48,598 bases of DNA, taken from NCBI GenBank assembly GCA_035480415.1, contig DATIHT010000093.1, positions 1-48,598 on the forward strand. Reading direction: 5' to 3'. The notes below the pieces were generated by a model that was not told where the DNA came from, did not search any database, and saw nothing but the letters and a program-made list of their open reading frames with translations. Of this stretch, positions 39,794 through 48,526 are shown in pieces (position 1 is the first letter of the stretch; every line of letters begins with the position of its first letter). The DNA is from Candidatus Saccharimonadales bacterium (lineage in GTDB: Bacteria; Patescibacteriota; Microgenomatia; Curtissbacterales; GWA2-41-24). A program made the position numbers and the translations under genes.

Positions 39794-40786
39794 ATGCAAA
39801 ATACCTTTGATCTCATTACAATTGGTGATTCCACAATCGATACTTTTATAAGCGTCCACGATGCAACTGTTGAATGCGATGTAAACAGAGAATCGTGCAA
39901 AATTTGCTTTGCCTACGGTTCTAAAATTCCGGTAGATGCTATTGCTCATGGACTTGCCGGAAATGCTGCAAATGTCGCAGTCGGCGCAGCAAGACTTGGT
40001 CTTAAAAGTGCAGTTTATACTAATCTTGGAGACGACGATGAAGGGAAGCAAATTAAACGAGCTTTTGAGAAGGATAACGTAGATTTAAGTTACGTAAAAA
40101 TAAACGAGAAAAAATCTTCTAATCTTTCTGTAGTTATTACTTTCCAGGGTGAACGTACAATTTTTGTTTATCATCAGGATTGGTTTTACCATTTACCGGA
40201 CATGGAAGGTACAAAATGGGTTTATCTAACATCCATGGGCCAAAGTTTTACAAATTCCAACATCATGGACGAAGTTCACCATTACATTCAAAAAACGGGA
40301 GCCAAACTGGCTTTCGGACCCGGAACCTACCAGCTAAAAGCAGATATTAAAAGATTCCCAAAGATTTTGGACAATTGCGAGCTTTTGATTGTAAATATGG
40401 AGGAGGCAAAACGAATATTAAACATAGATCAAACAGAAAAAACCGACCCTCGCGATCTTTTGGCAAAATTGCAGATGTTAGGACCAAAAATGGTGGTAAT
40501 TACAGATAGCGAAGAAGGCTCTTATGCAACAGACGGAAACAAAACATTAAAAGTAGGTACTTTTCCAATGCAGGTTGTCCAAAAAACCGGTGCCGGAGAC
40601 GCTTATTCTGCCGCATTTGTTGCAGCAATCTGTCTTGGTCTACCAATCGAAGAAGCTATGGTCTGGGGTGCAATAAACGCCTCACACGTTATCGCCCACG
40701 TCGGTGCCCAAGTGGGTCTGATGACCAAAGCAGAACTGGAAAAATACCGAAAAACAGTTAGCGAGATGAAAGCAGTATCTTTTTAG
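39794..40786 (+). CDS. PfkB-family carbohydrate kinase
   Basis: N-terminal TIGDSTIDTF with GG dipeptide region, and C-terminal TGAGDAYSAAF signature. Confidence 0.8.
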   Translation: MQNTFDLITIGDSTIDTFISVHDATVECDVNRESCKICFAYGSKIPVDAIAHGLAGNAANVAVGAARLGLKSAVYTNLGDDDEGKQIKRAFEKDNVDLSYVKINEKKSSNLSVVITFQGERTIFVYHQDWFYHLPDMEGTKWVYLTSMGQSFTNSNIMDEVHHYIQKTGAKLAFGPGTYQLKADIKRFPKILDNCELLIVNMEEAKRILNIDQTEKTDPRDLLAKLQMLGPKMVVITDSEEGSYATDGNKTLKVGTFPMQVVQKTGAGDAYSAAFVAAICLGLPIEEAMVWGAINASHVIAHVGAQVGLMTKAELEKYRKTVSEMKAVSF

Positions 40787-41308
40787 AAAGAAACTAGTTA
40801 TTCAGAAAATTGAAATTCGTAATGGATAGTAGAAATTTCGAAAATGGAAAATATAAACCTATTAAAAGCTTTCAGGACTTAGTTGTTTATCAAAATTTAT
40901 ATAGAGCTATGGTGATTGTATTAACACAAATCATTCCATTTTTACCAAATGAGGAAAAATTTGATCTGGTTGACCAAATGAGAAGGGCATGCAAGGCTGG
41001 GCCAGCTCTAATCGCAGAAGGCTTCGCGAAACGATACCAAATACGTCAATGGCGAAAATATTTAAACGACACAATAGGCGAATCAAATGAAATGGTTCAT
41101 CATTTGTCGGTGTGCATAGATATTTACAAAAAATATATTGATGTAAAATTGTGTAAAGAGGTCATTGAAATTTACGACACAACATGCAAACAATTAACAA
41201 AGCTCGGTCAAGCATGGCAGGATTATCATGCTAATGATAAATAACACTAATGTCTAATTTCAATTTTCTATTACCAATTTCAAATATCAAAATAACTAAT
41301 TTCTAAAC
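40787..41308 (+). mobile_element. candidate IVS-like palindromic cassette carrying a four-helix-bundle gene
   Basis: Inverted arms: AGAAACTAGTTATT-7nt-TTGAAATTCGTAAT (40789-40823) against ATTACCAATTTCAA-7nt-AATAACTAATTTCT (41270-41304). ORF-less relatives occur elsewhere in the window. Mobility is inferred, not shown. Confidence 0.35.
40822..41244 (+). CDS. four-helix-bundle protein (23S rRNA intervening-sequence protein / Avd family)
   Basis: FQDLVVYQNLY...DQMRRACKAGPALIAEGFAKR...YLNDTIGESNEMVHHL is the characteristic pattern of this family. ATG 40822 (track TTG 40810). Confidence 0.8.
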   Translation: MDSRNFENGKYKPIKSFQDLVVYQNLYRAMVIVLTQIIPFLPNEEKFDLVDQMRRACKAGPALIAEGFAKRYQIRQWRKYLNDTIGESNEMVHHLSVCIDIYKKYIDVKLCKEVIEIYDTTCKQLTKLGQAWQDYHANDK

Positions 41309-42277
41309 ATGCCTCGTGTTTACATCACCACCAAAATCCCACTCTTAGCACACGATATGCTTGCCAAAAAAGATTTTAGTGTCGATGTTAATGAAACCGA
41401 AAATCCTCTTCACGAAGAACAGCTTAAAAAGATTCTAAAAACATATGATGCTGTAATTTCTTCTGTACCGGACAAAATTACACACGAAGTAATAGCTCAT
41501 GCATCACCAAATCTAAAAGTTATTGCCAACTACGCAGTCGGAATAGACAACATCGATGTTCTGGCAGCCAAAAGAAAAAACATTGTAGTCACCAACACGC
41601 CAGGGGTTGCAGGGGAAGCAGTTGCCGAACATGCATTCGCGCTAATTCTGGCTTGCGCCAAAAAACTAACCGAGGCTGATAAATATGTTAGGGCAGGGAA
41701 GTACAAAAACTGGGATGCAACTCTTTACGTTTCCCCGCAAATTTGGGGCAAAACAATCGGCATTGTCGGGCTCGGCAAAATAGGCACCTATGTAGGCAAC
41801 ATTGCATTCGGAGGTTTTAAGATGAAAATTTTGTACCACGACATCGTAAAGTCCGAAGACTTTGAAATGCTGACAGAAGCCCAGTACTGCTCGCTGGAAC
41901 ATTTATTAAAAGAATCAGACGTGGTGACACTTCATGTTCCTCTTGTTGCGCAAACACACCACTTAATTGGCAAGAGTGAACTTGCACAAATGAAAAAAAC
42001 TGCAATATTGATAAACACCGCAAGGGGAGCGGTGATAGACCAGGAAGCACTGATTGCCGCGCTAAGAAAAAAAGAGATAGCAGCAGCAGGGCTGGATGTT
42101 TATGAACACGAACCGGATATCCCCGAAGAGTTAAGAACTCTTGGTAATGTAGTACTAACTCCACACACTGCTTCTGCAACCGAAGAATGCAGAGAAGAAA
42201 TGGCAAGAATCGCCGCCCAAAATGTTATTGATGTTTTTGAAGGAAAACAACCATTTGGGCTGGTGAAAGTTAGCTAG
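41309..42277 (+). CDS. D-isomer-specific 2-hydroxyacid dehydrogenase (glyoxylate/hydroxypyruvate reductase-like)
   Basis: NAD-binding GIVGLGKIGTYVG, with catalytic R (NTARG), E and H (TPHTAS). Confidence 0.85.
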   Translation: MPRVYITTKIPLLAHDMLAKKDFSVDVNETENPLHEEQLKKILKTYDAVISSVPDKITHEVIAHASPNLKVIANYAVGIDNIDVLAAKRKNIVVTNTPGVAGEAVAEHAFALILACAKKLTEADKYVRAGKYKNWDATLYVSPQIWGKTIGIVGLGKIGTYVGNIAFGGFKMKILYHDIVKSEDFEMLTEAQYCSLEHLLKESDVVTLHVPLVAQTHHLIGKSELAQMKKTAILINTARGAVIDQEALIAALRKKEIAAAGLDVYEHEPDIPEELRTLGNVVLTPHTASATEECREEMARIAAQNVIDVFEGKQPFGLVKVS

Positions 42278-42782
42278 CCAAATCGTCGCGGGGTGGCTCG
42301 TCAGGATAAGGAGTATCCGGGAGAGGCTCGTCAGGATACCATGCTCTCAAACCCTCTTCTTCCACTTCCATCCGTAACGACTTTAATCTCATAGGTTCGG
42401 TCCCAATTCTTCTTCCAACCAAAGTTCTGCGTGTTTCATAAATAGTTTCGTCAACTGCCGCTAAAAACTCGTTATCAGAAAAACCTCTGGATACGGCATC
42501 TTCAATGTTTTGATCAAGTTTCTCCTTAGCCTCAATAGTTTCAGTATGATCGTCGCCAAAATTTAAATATTTTTGTACGTACTTTTCAACTTTGCGCGGA
42601 TCAACAGCAGGTTCTTTGGGATACCTTCGTACAATATCAACCGAATCTATTACAGGCTTTAAAATTGTGGGGGTCTGAACCGCTTCATAACCAGAAGTAA
42701 CAGTCAACATTGAATCTGCCGGCACTCTAAACTGAAGCAACAATTGTCCTTGATCTGGAATTCTTTCGCCGCCACTTGCCAT
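42270..42782 (-). CDS. hypothetical protein (170 aa) with an acidic Pro-rich C-terminus
   Basis: Clean ORF. TATAAT (rc 42789-42794) lies 6 nt upstream of the ATG. Its 3' end overlaps the convergent dehydrogenase gene by 8 nt. Confidence 0.45.
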   Translation of the reverse strand: MASGGERIPDQGQLLLQFRVPADSMLTVTSGYEAVQTPTILKPVIDSVDIVRRYPKEPAVDPRKVEKYVQKYLNFGDDHTETIEAKEKLDQNIEDAVSRGFSDNEFLAAVDETIYETRRTLVGRRIGTEPMRLKSLRMEVEEEGLRAWYPDEPLPDTPYPDEPPRDDLAS

Positions 42783-42805
42783 ACCTATATTATACTGCCA
42801 AAAGT

Positions 42806-43171
42806 CTAGTGAAAAAACTTCCCTCTATCTTTAGTGTGATTAGTTTGGTGTTTATCCTTTTTTTTATTTTTCATCTCATCCTGATATTCGCCAAAGTGAT
42901 GTTCTTGCAAATGATCTAATGCCTGGGCATCATCCATACCGTACTTATGTTTAAGATAACCAATAAGCTCTGATCCCAAAATAACACCAGCTCCAACAAC
43001 TACAGCAGATTCACCAATAAATTTAGAATATCTTTTTAAAACCGATGGGAATTTATGAATAGCAGCATAACCGTATTTAATAGCGTCAACAACATGAGCT
43101 TCATGATGCTCTCCAATAGGCTGTTCGATATTAGCATCGTGCTGAGGCAAATCTGGTCTTTCTGCAGTCAT
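42806..43171 (-). CDS. hypothetical His-rich protein with one TM segment
   Basis: ATG 43171 is 9 nt after TGgTATAAT (rc 43181-43189); track start is TTG 43180. TM segment AVVVGAGVILGSELIGY. Many His residues. Confidence 0.45.
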   Translation of the reverse strand: MTAERPDLPQHDANIEQPIGEHHEAHVVDAIKYGYAAIHKFPSVLKRYSKFIGESAVVVGAGVILGSELIGYLKHKYGMDDAQALDHLQEHHFGEYQDEMKNKKKDKHQTNHTKDRGKFFH

Positions 43172-43233
43172 GAGTTGCAAATTATACCAGAAATGATTGA
43201 TTTCTCACCTTAGCTGTCACATAATCAAAACAT

Positions 43234-43692
43234 ATGCCAAAGCCCGAAAAACTGGAAGAGATTAAAAAGGAATTTGGAAAAACCAAAAACCCAAATAAGA
43301 TTCACAACGATCGTCTTTCCGCACTGGACAAGCTAGCGCTTGTCGTAACCGAAAAAATCGGCACGATGGGTTTTTTCTTTATTATCTTTATCTGGACTGT
43401 TGGTTGGCTTGGCTGGAATGTAGTTGCTCCACACAATCTGCGATTCGACCCATACCCTGCATTCGTTCTTTGGCTTTTTATCTCAAACCTAATCCAAATT
43501 CACTTGATGCCACTTATTATGATTGGCCAAAACATTCAGGGACAGCATGCAGAAATTAGGGCAGACCAGGACTTTGAAACAAACGTTAAAGCAGAAAAGG
43601 AAATAGAAACTATTATTCTGCATTTAGAAAACCAAAACAAAGTACTGGAAGAAATCACAACCAGACTCAACAAGCTAGACGCAAAAAGATAA
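43234..43692 (+). CDS. DUF1003-family membrane protein
   Basis: LDKLALVVTEKIGTMGFF...DPYPFxxL-like FDPYPAFVLWLFISNLIQI..QN pattern with a C-terminal coiled coil. Confidence 0.65.
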   Translation: MPKPEKLEEIKKEFGKTKNPNKIHNDRLSALDKLALVVTEKIGTMGFFFIIFIWTVGWLGWNVVAPHNLRFDPYPAFVLWLFISNLIQIHLMPLIMIGQNIQGQHAEIRADQDFETNVKAEKEIETIILHLENQNKVLEEITTRLNKLDAKR

Positions 43693-43726
43693 AAAAACTC
43701 CAAAAAAAGTGTAAAATACTTCCTCT

Positions 43727-44917
43727 ATGAATAAGAATGTAGTCATTGGCGTCGCAAGCGGTATCGCAGCATATAAAACGCTGGATCTTATCAAGCTGCT
43801 AAAAAAAGAAGGTGTCAATTGCATAGTGGTAATGACCAAAGCGGCAACGCAAATGGTTAATCCAAGCGAGTTTAAAAGGGCAACGGGCAACAAAGTTTAC
43901 ACAGAGCTTTTCGAAAAAGATTTTAACTACAAGAAAATCCTAAAGCTGCAAAAAGTAGACCACATAGACCTGGCAGACAAAGCAGATGTTTTTGTAATTG
44001 CCCCGGCAACTGCAAACACCATCGCCAAAATCGCAAACGGTTTTGCAGACGATTTCTTAACAACAACCCTGCTTGCCGCAACATGCCCGGTTATTATTTG
44101 CCCTTCTATGAACCCCAACATGTACAACAACCCAACAGTTGTAGAAAACCTAAGCAAACTAAGAAAACTTGGCTACATAATAATAAAACCCGCATCTGGC
44201 ATGCTTGCTTGCGGTTATGAAGGTATAGGCCGGCTTGCCGACTTAGAAAATATCAAAGTTGAAATCATGAAGCAATTGGATAAAACCAATTCGCTCACAT
44301 CAAAACGTATTCTAATAACAGCAGGGGGCACCAGAGAAAAAATAGACGATGTCCGTTACATAACTAATAGCTCTTCCGGAAAAATGGGCGCGGCCTTAGC
44401 AGATGAATGTTATTTGCGTGGTGCAGACATCACAATCTACAAATCTGCAAGTTCGGTAAACCCAAGGTATTTAATAAAATCAGAAATCTTTGAAACAAAA
44501 GACGATCTGGAAAGCTTAATTAAAAGTAATGTCAAAAACTTCGATGTTGTTATTCAATGTGCAGCCGTTTCTGATTTTATACCCGAGAAAAAAGTTGGCA
44601 AAATCGCAAGCACCAAATCTCAAACACTGATATTGAGACCTCACACCAAAATCATCGACACAATAAAAAAACTTAATCCAAAGGTAAAACTCGTTGCGTT
44701 TAAGGCTTACTGGGAAAAAACAGCCCACGAACTGATTGACAAATCGGATGCGACTATTTTTAACGATATCTCCAAAAAAGACGTAGGTCTTGAAAGTGAT
44801 TATAACGAAGTAGAAGTGGTAACCAAGGACTCGGTAGAAAAAATCACAAAAGCGCCAAAAGCTGAAATTGCCAAAAAAATTATAGATTTTTTAGTAGTGC
44901 AAAAAATATTAACTTAG
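43727..44917 (+). CDS. coaBC: bifunctional phosphopantothenoylcysteine decarboxylase / phosphopantothenate-cysteine ligase
   Basis: Flavoprotein N-domain (VVIGVASGIAAYK, PATANTIAK) and CoaB C-domain (ITAGGTREKIDDVRYITNSSSGKMG). Confidence 0.85.
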   Translation: MNKNVVIGVASGIAAYKTLDLIKLLKKEGVNCIVVMTKAATQMVNPSEFKRATGNKVYTELFEKDFNYKKILKLQKVDHIDLADKADVFVIAPATANTIAKIANGFADDFLTTTLLAATCPVIICPSMNPNMYNNPTVVENLSKLRKLGYIIIKPASGMLACGYEGIGRLADLENIKVEIMKQLDKTNSLTSKRILITAGGTREKIDDVRYITNSSSGKMGAALADECYLRGADITIYKSASSVNPRYLIKSEIFETKDDLESLIKSNVKNFDVVIQCAAVSDFIPEKKVGKIASTKSQTLILRPHTKIIDTIKKLNPKVKLVAFKAYWEKTAHELIDKSDATIFNDISKKDVGLESDYNEVEVVTKDSVEKITKAPKAEIAKKIIDFLVVQKILT

Positions 44918-45654
44918 GCAGCTACGTGGAAAAATTTAGCAATTGCATAACCGATAAGTGCTGCAACCAAACCAATTACTACCAAACGTAAGCCACTCTT
45001 CCACCAACTGCCAACCAAAGAAAAGGCCTGATAAGCACCAACGGCAAAAAGGGCAACTGCAGAGGCAACAATAGAAGCAATTAAGGCATCTTTGCCAACA
45101 ACAAAGAAAAAGGGCATCAGGGGAACCATATGCCCAACAAAAGTAGCAACCGTAATAATAGCCGAAGTTTTTAAAACATCTCTGGAATCAACAGGCGCAA
45201 TATTAAGCTCTTCTGCCATCATTAAATCTACCCAATTATCCCGATTGGAAGAAACCGTAATTACAATCTCTTCTAAAGTCTTGCCGGAAAAACCCTTCTT
45301 TTTATAAATTCGCCTAATTTCTTCTTTTTCCATTTCCGGCTCTTTTTCTATTTCTGTCTCTTCTTTTGCCCTTTCGCTGTCGTAATAATCTTTCTGTGCA
45401 AGAGAAGAAGTATAGCCAACCGCCCCCATAGATATAGATTCGGCAAAGTTGGCAGCCATTACAGTCGCAATAAGAATATGGATGTTTCCACCTGCTGCCA
45501 AAATTCCCAGAATAATACCAAGAGCATTAACAAGCCCGTCCTGGCCGCCCAAAATAACATCGCGCAGCGGGTTATCTAATTTGTGACCATGACGTGCAAT
45601 GTGAGCCTTATACGAAGATTCTGTCGGGACCTTGGACAGAGTTTGGACTGCCAT
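44914..45654 (-). CDS. VIT1/CCC1-family iron/manganese transporter
   Basis: RDVILGGQDGLVNALGIILG, a central acidic helix region, and C-terminal TM helices. TGaTATACT (rc 45661-45669) lies 6 nt upstream of the ATG. Confidence 0.8.
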   Translation of the reverse strand: MAVQTLSKVPTESSYKAHIARHGHKLDNPLRDVILGGQDGLVNALGIILGILAAGGNIHILIATVMAANFAESISMGAVGYTSSLAQKDYYDSERAKEETEIEKEPEMEKEEIRRIYKKKGFSGKTLEEIVITVSSNRDNWVDLMMAEELNIAPVDSRDVLKTSAIITVATFVGHMVPLMPFFFVVGKDALIASIVASAVALFAVGAYQAFSLVGSWWKSGLRLVVIGLVAALIGYAIAKFFHVAA

Positions 45655-45691
45655 AACAGTAGTATATCAAATGTTAGGCAAGAACCTATAG

Positions 45692-45720
45692 TTGACTTAC
45701 GGACCCAAAAAGGTTATCAT
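45692..45720 (+). promoter_or_regulatory. promoter TTGACT-17 nt-TATCAT
   Basis: TTGACT at 45692-45697 (the track's TTG start) and TATCAT at 45715-45720. Confidence 0.5.
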
Positions 45721-45772
45721 ACTCACGAAAGCTAACGCACTTGATTACACTTCAAATTTCAGCAAAATTCTA

Positions 45773-46021
45773 ATGAACGCACCAAGATTAGCAGATTCAG
45801 TTTGTATACGTTGTGGTAAAACACGCATCTTCAAAAAAACCTGGAAAGACAGGGGAGAACGCCAAAAAGGAAGTATAATTACATACGAAACCGCTGTTTG
45901 CCCGGATAAAAGTTGCCAAAAATTGGTAGACGAAAAATTCCAAAAAATGCGGGATATTAGAATTGCCTCCGAAAACAGAAAAAAGGGCATTATAATTGCC
46001 AAGGCAAGTACTCCGGCATAA
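45773..46021 (+). CDS. small zinc-ribbon-like protein
   Basis: CIRCGK...CPDKSC gives four Cys in a CxxC...CxxxxC arrangement. ATG 45773 is preferred because the track start coincides with a -35 box. Confidence 0.45.
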   Translation: MNAPRLADSVCIRCGKTRIFKKTWKDRGERQKGSIITYETAVCPDKSCQKLVDEKFQKMRDIRIASENRKKGIIIAKASTPA

Positions 46022-46051
46022 AAACTTTTCAATTTTTGTTAATATAAAGTA

Positions 46052-46726
46052 GTGAGCCCTGCTTTGATATTCGTAATTCTACTTACTTTTTTGTTTCTGC
46101 TTTCCAACATCACCTCCCAAAGCCTGGGACTTTTAACATATAGCCTGACCAAAAGTAAAAAAGCTGCAGTTTTAACCCTTGCCGCTATTTTTTTACCCGG
46201 AACCGTCGTTCATGAGTTCGCTCACGCTGCAGTCGCCCAAGGACTTGGAATTTATGTTGGCGAAATAGACCTTATTCCAAAAGTAGAAGGACAGCATATC
46301 AAGCTTGGCAGCGTTCAAGTTGCCCAAACAGACCCAATTAGGCATTTTTTGATAGGAATTGCACCGCTTATTATCGGATTTTTAATTATTTTCACAACAA
46401 TTGGCATTTATTCCAAATTTGAGCTTACCGGCTTCCTGGCAAGTGCTATTCTGTTTTATATCCTGTTTCAAATTGGTAACACCATGTTTTCCAGCAAAAG
46501 GGACATGGAAGGAACTATTGAGCTGGCAATTGCCATAACTTTAGTCTTGGGCTTCTTATACATAATTGGCATAAAACAAATATTTTCCTTTGCAATATCA
46601 GCATCATCACATTTGCTGCCCTTTTTTAAAATGTCCAATCAATTGCTTCTAAAAATAATCGTAATAGATCTTGTGGTAATTGGTATTGCCAAACTTTTTA
46701 ACAAACCTATAAAATTTCAGGCATAA
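46052..46726 (+). CDS. membrane protein with intramembrane HExxH (M50/zincin-like)
   Basis: GTVVHEFAHAAVA within a TM helix; 5-6 TM segments. GTG start 6 nt after TGtTAATAT (46037-46045). Confidence 0.5.
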   Translation: MSPALIFVILLTFLFLLSNITSQSLGLLTYSLTKSKKAAVLTLAAIFLPGTVVHEFAHAAVAQGLGIYVGEIDLIPKVEGQHIKLGSVQVAQTDPIRHFLIGIAPLIIGFLIIFTTIGIYSKFELTGFLASAILFYILFQIGNTMFSSKRDMEGTIELAIAITLVLGFLYIIGIKQIFSFAISASSHLLPFFKMSNQLLLKIIVIDLVVIGIAKLFNKPIKFQA

Positions 46727-46732
46727 CTTCAT

Positions 46733-47467
46733 ATGGGCAGAAAAATAAAAAACATATTTGATTTCACCAGAAGCTCCGGTACTACCAAAATTTTAACTTT
46801 GGAAATTGCACTTGGCGGCCTGATTACTTTCTCCACTTTGCTTCTTTTTGCCAAAATAGCAGACAGGATTTTGGACAGAGATACTATCGCCCTCGACAAT
46901 ACAATAATCCAAGTAATCTACTCCTTAAGAAATCCTGCACTAACTGCAGCAATGAAAATAATCACATTCTTTGGCGGGGAGATATTCCTGGCAGCGGCCA
47001 TACTTACAACAATTCTAATAATCATAAGAAAACACAAAGGTGACGCCTTTATATTCTCGTTTATTTTGTTCTCTGGTGTAGTTTTAAACATTTTTTTAAA
47101 AGATGTTTTTCAAAGGCCACGACCGGATCTTTCACCACTAATTCATGAGTCTTCGTACAGCTTTCCTTCCGGTCATTCTATAAATTCATTTATTTTTTAC
47201 ACGGCACTTTCGTACTTCATTTTTAGAAAAGTTAAAAACAAAAAACTTAGTTATTTACTAATTGCAGCAAGCACAATCTTAATTTTGTTAATTGGTCTAA
47301 GCAGAGTGTATTTGGGTGTACATTATCCAAGCGACGTTGTTGCAGGCTATGCCGAAGGAGTTATTTGGTTTGCATCTATTCTGGTTTTCGAAAAAGCTCT
47401 AATTTTCTTCCGCCTTATGAGGCAATACGAAACACAAAAGAGCTATGATATTAACCTGGAGAGCTGA
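46733..47467 (+). CDS. PAP2-family phosphatase
   Basis: KDVFQRPRP, FPSGHS and SRVYLGVHYPSDV are the three PAP2 motifs. Confidence 0.82.
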   Translation: MGRKIKNIFDFTRSSGTTKILTLEIALGGLITFSTLLLFAKIADRILDRDTIALDNTIIQVIYSLRNPALTAAMKIITFFGGEIFLAAAILTTILIIIRKHKGDAFIFSFILFSGVVLNIFLKDVFQRPRPDLSPLIHESSYSFPSGHSINSFIFYTALSYFIFRKVKNKKLSYLLIAASTILILLIGLSRVYLGVHYPSDVVAGYAEGVIWFASILVFEKALIFFRLMRQYETQKSYDINLES

Positions 47468-47889
47468 TTTTTTAGGGTAAAAACGAACGTTTTCCCCGTC
47501 CTTTTCCAAAAATCTTCAAAATAAATAATCGAAAGCAATAAAAGGGAAATAATAATAACCGCGTCGTACCCAAACCTGGCAACATCGTAATCGCGAAGTC
47601 TTAGCCACATTCCAAATTCGTCGTACGAAAAAGCCATACCAATGCCAAAAACAATGGCTGTACGGTCCAAAAACTTACCAGTTGGCCTCATTATCAAATC
47701 GTACAAACCAGCAGCTGTTAGAATCAAAAACCCGTAGGCAAAATGGTGAACATGAACACCCCGCATGTTCAAAAATAGAAAAGGGAAGAAGTAAATAAAA
47801 ATTCTGATAACTATGTACGTTGCCAAAAACGAAGAAAAGATAATAAACGGAATTTCTTTACCGCTTTTTGGGCGCAGTTTGGCAAGCAT
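47443..47889 (-). CDS. hypothetical integral membrane protein
   Basis: 4 TM segments. TATACT (rc 47896-47901) lies 6 nt upstream of the ATG. Overlaps the convergent PAP2 gene by 25 nt. Confidence 0.5.
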   Translation of the reverse strand: MLAKLRPKSGKEIPFIIFSSFLATYIVIRIFIYFFPFLFLNMRGVHVHHFAYGFLILTAAGLYDLIMRPTGKFLDRTAIVFGIGMAFSYDEFGMWLRLRDYDVARFGYDAVIIISLLLLSIIYFEDFWKRTGKTFVFTLKNQLSRLIS

Positions 47890-47912
47890 CTTTTAAGTAT
47901 ACAAAATTTTGC

Positions 47913-48062
47913 CTACTTAATTACGCCTAACCCTATAAGTCCAACTATTATTAAATACGCTGCAATAAAATAATTTAAAAACTTAGGGAAAACTAAGATT
48001 AAAATACCAAATATTAAAGCAGCAAGCGGACTTATACCCGATGCATTAAAGTTTAAACTCAC
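47913..48062 (-). CDS. candidate 49-aa two-TM membrane peptide (DUF3096-like)
   Basis: GTG lies 5 nt after AGGAGGTG (rc 48068-48075). Reads VSLNFNASGISPLAALIFGILILVFPKFLNYFIAAYLIIVGLIGLGVIK. Absent from the ORF track (below 60 aa). Confidence 0.45.
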   Translation of the reverse strand: MSLNFNASGISPLAALIFGILILVFPKFLNYFIAAYLIIVGLIGLGVIK

Positions 48063-48169
48063 AATCTCACCTCCTATTCCTAGTTTAAACTTTTACAAAT
48101 AAATATCAAATGTGCGTTAAAAATATGTAAGAGAACGATAAAAGAAAATCGTGATAAAATACTCAAGTT

Positions 48170-48226
48170 ACTTTGCGGGATCGCCCGCCTGCAACGCTAT
48201 GCGTAGCATTGCGGGCAGGTCTAATG
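48170..48226 (+). repeat. 57-nt direct repeat R1 (interrupted mimic of the tRNA-Gln 5' end)
   Basis: Identical to 48465-48521. Reads TTTGCGGGATCG + 36-nt hairpin + TCTAATG. Confidence 0.95.
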
Positions 48227-48228
48227 GA

Positions 48229-48465
48229 ATGTACTATACATATGTACTAAAAAGTTCTAGGGACGGAAATTTGTATATTGGCTGGACCAATAATCTCGAA
48301 AGTAGGGTAAATTTACACAACAGCGGTAAAGTTTTTGCTACCAAAAGTAGAGTTCCTTTTACACTCGTTTACTACGAGGCTTGCCTAACCAAAGAAAAGG
48401 CTGTACAAAGAGAAAAACAATTGAAAACCGGTTTTGGAAGAGCTTATTTAAAAAGAAGAATATAA
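48229..48465 (+). CDS. GIY-YIG nuclease-family small protein
   Basis: MYYTYVLKSSRDGNLYIGWTNNLESRVNLHNSGK...LVYYE...REKQLK is the UPF0213/GIY-YIG pattern. The track's N-terminal extension (48151-48228) only translates repeat R1. Confidence 0.8.
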   Translation: MYYTYVLKSSRDGNLYIGWTNNLESRVNLHNSGKVFATKSRVPFTLVYYEACLTKEKAVQREKQLKTGFGRAYLKRRI

Positions 48466-48521
48466 CTTTGCGGGATCGCCCGCCTGCAACGCTATGCGTA
48501 GCATTGCGGGCAGGTCTAATG
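48465..48521 (+). repeat. 57-nt direct repeat R2
   Basis: Identical to R1. Starts on the last base of the GIY-YIG stop codon and ends 5 nt before tRNA-Gln. Confidence 0.95.
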
Positions 48522-48526
48522 TTTTT

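Noticed and set aside
40822-41244. Diversity-generating retroelement, considered because the four-helix-bundle protein is in the Avd family.
   Set aside because: There is no reverse transcriptase ORF, and no template/variable repeat pair is detectable in the window.
48151-48228. N-terminal extension of the GIY-YIG ORF (MIKYSSYFAGSPACNAMRSIAGRSNG).
   Set aside because: It is simply the translation of repeat R1. GIY-YIG proteins of this type begin at MYY.Y.L, which matches ATG 48229.
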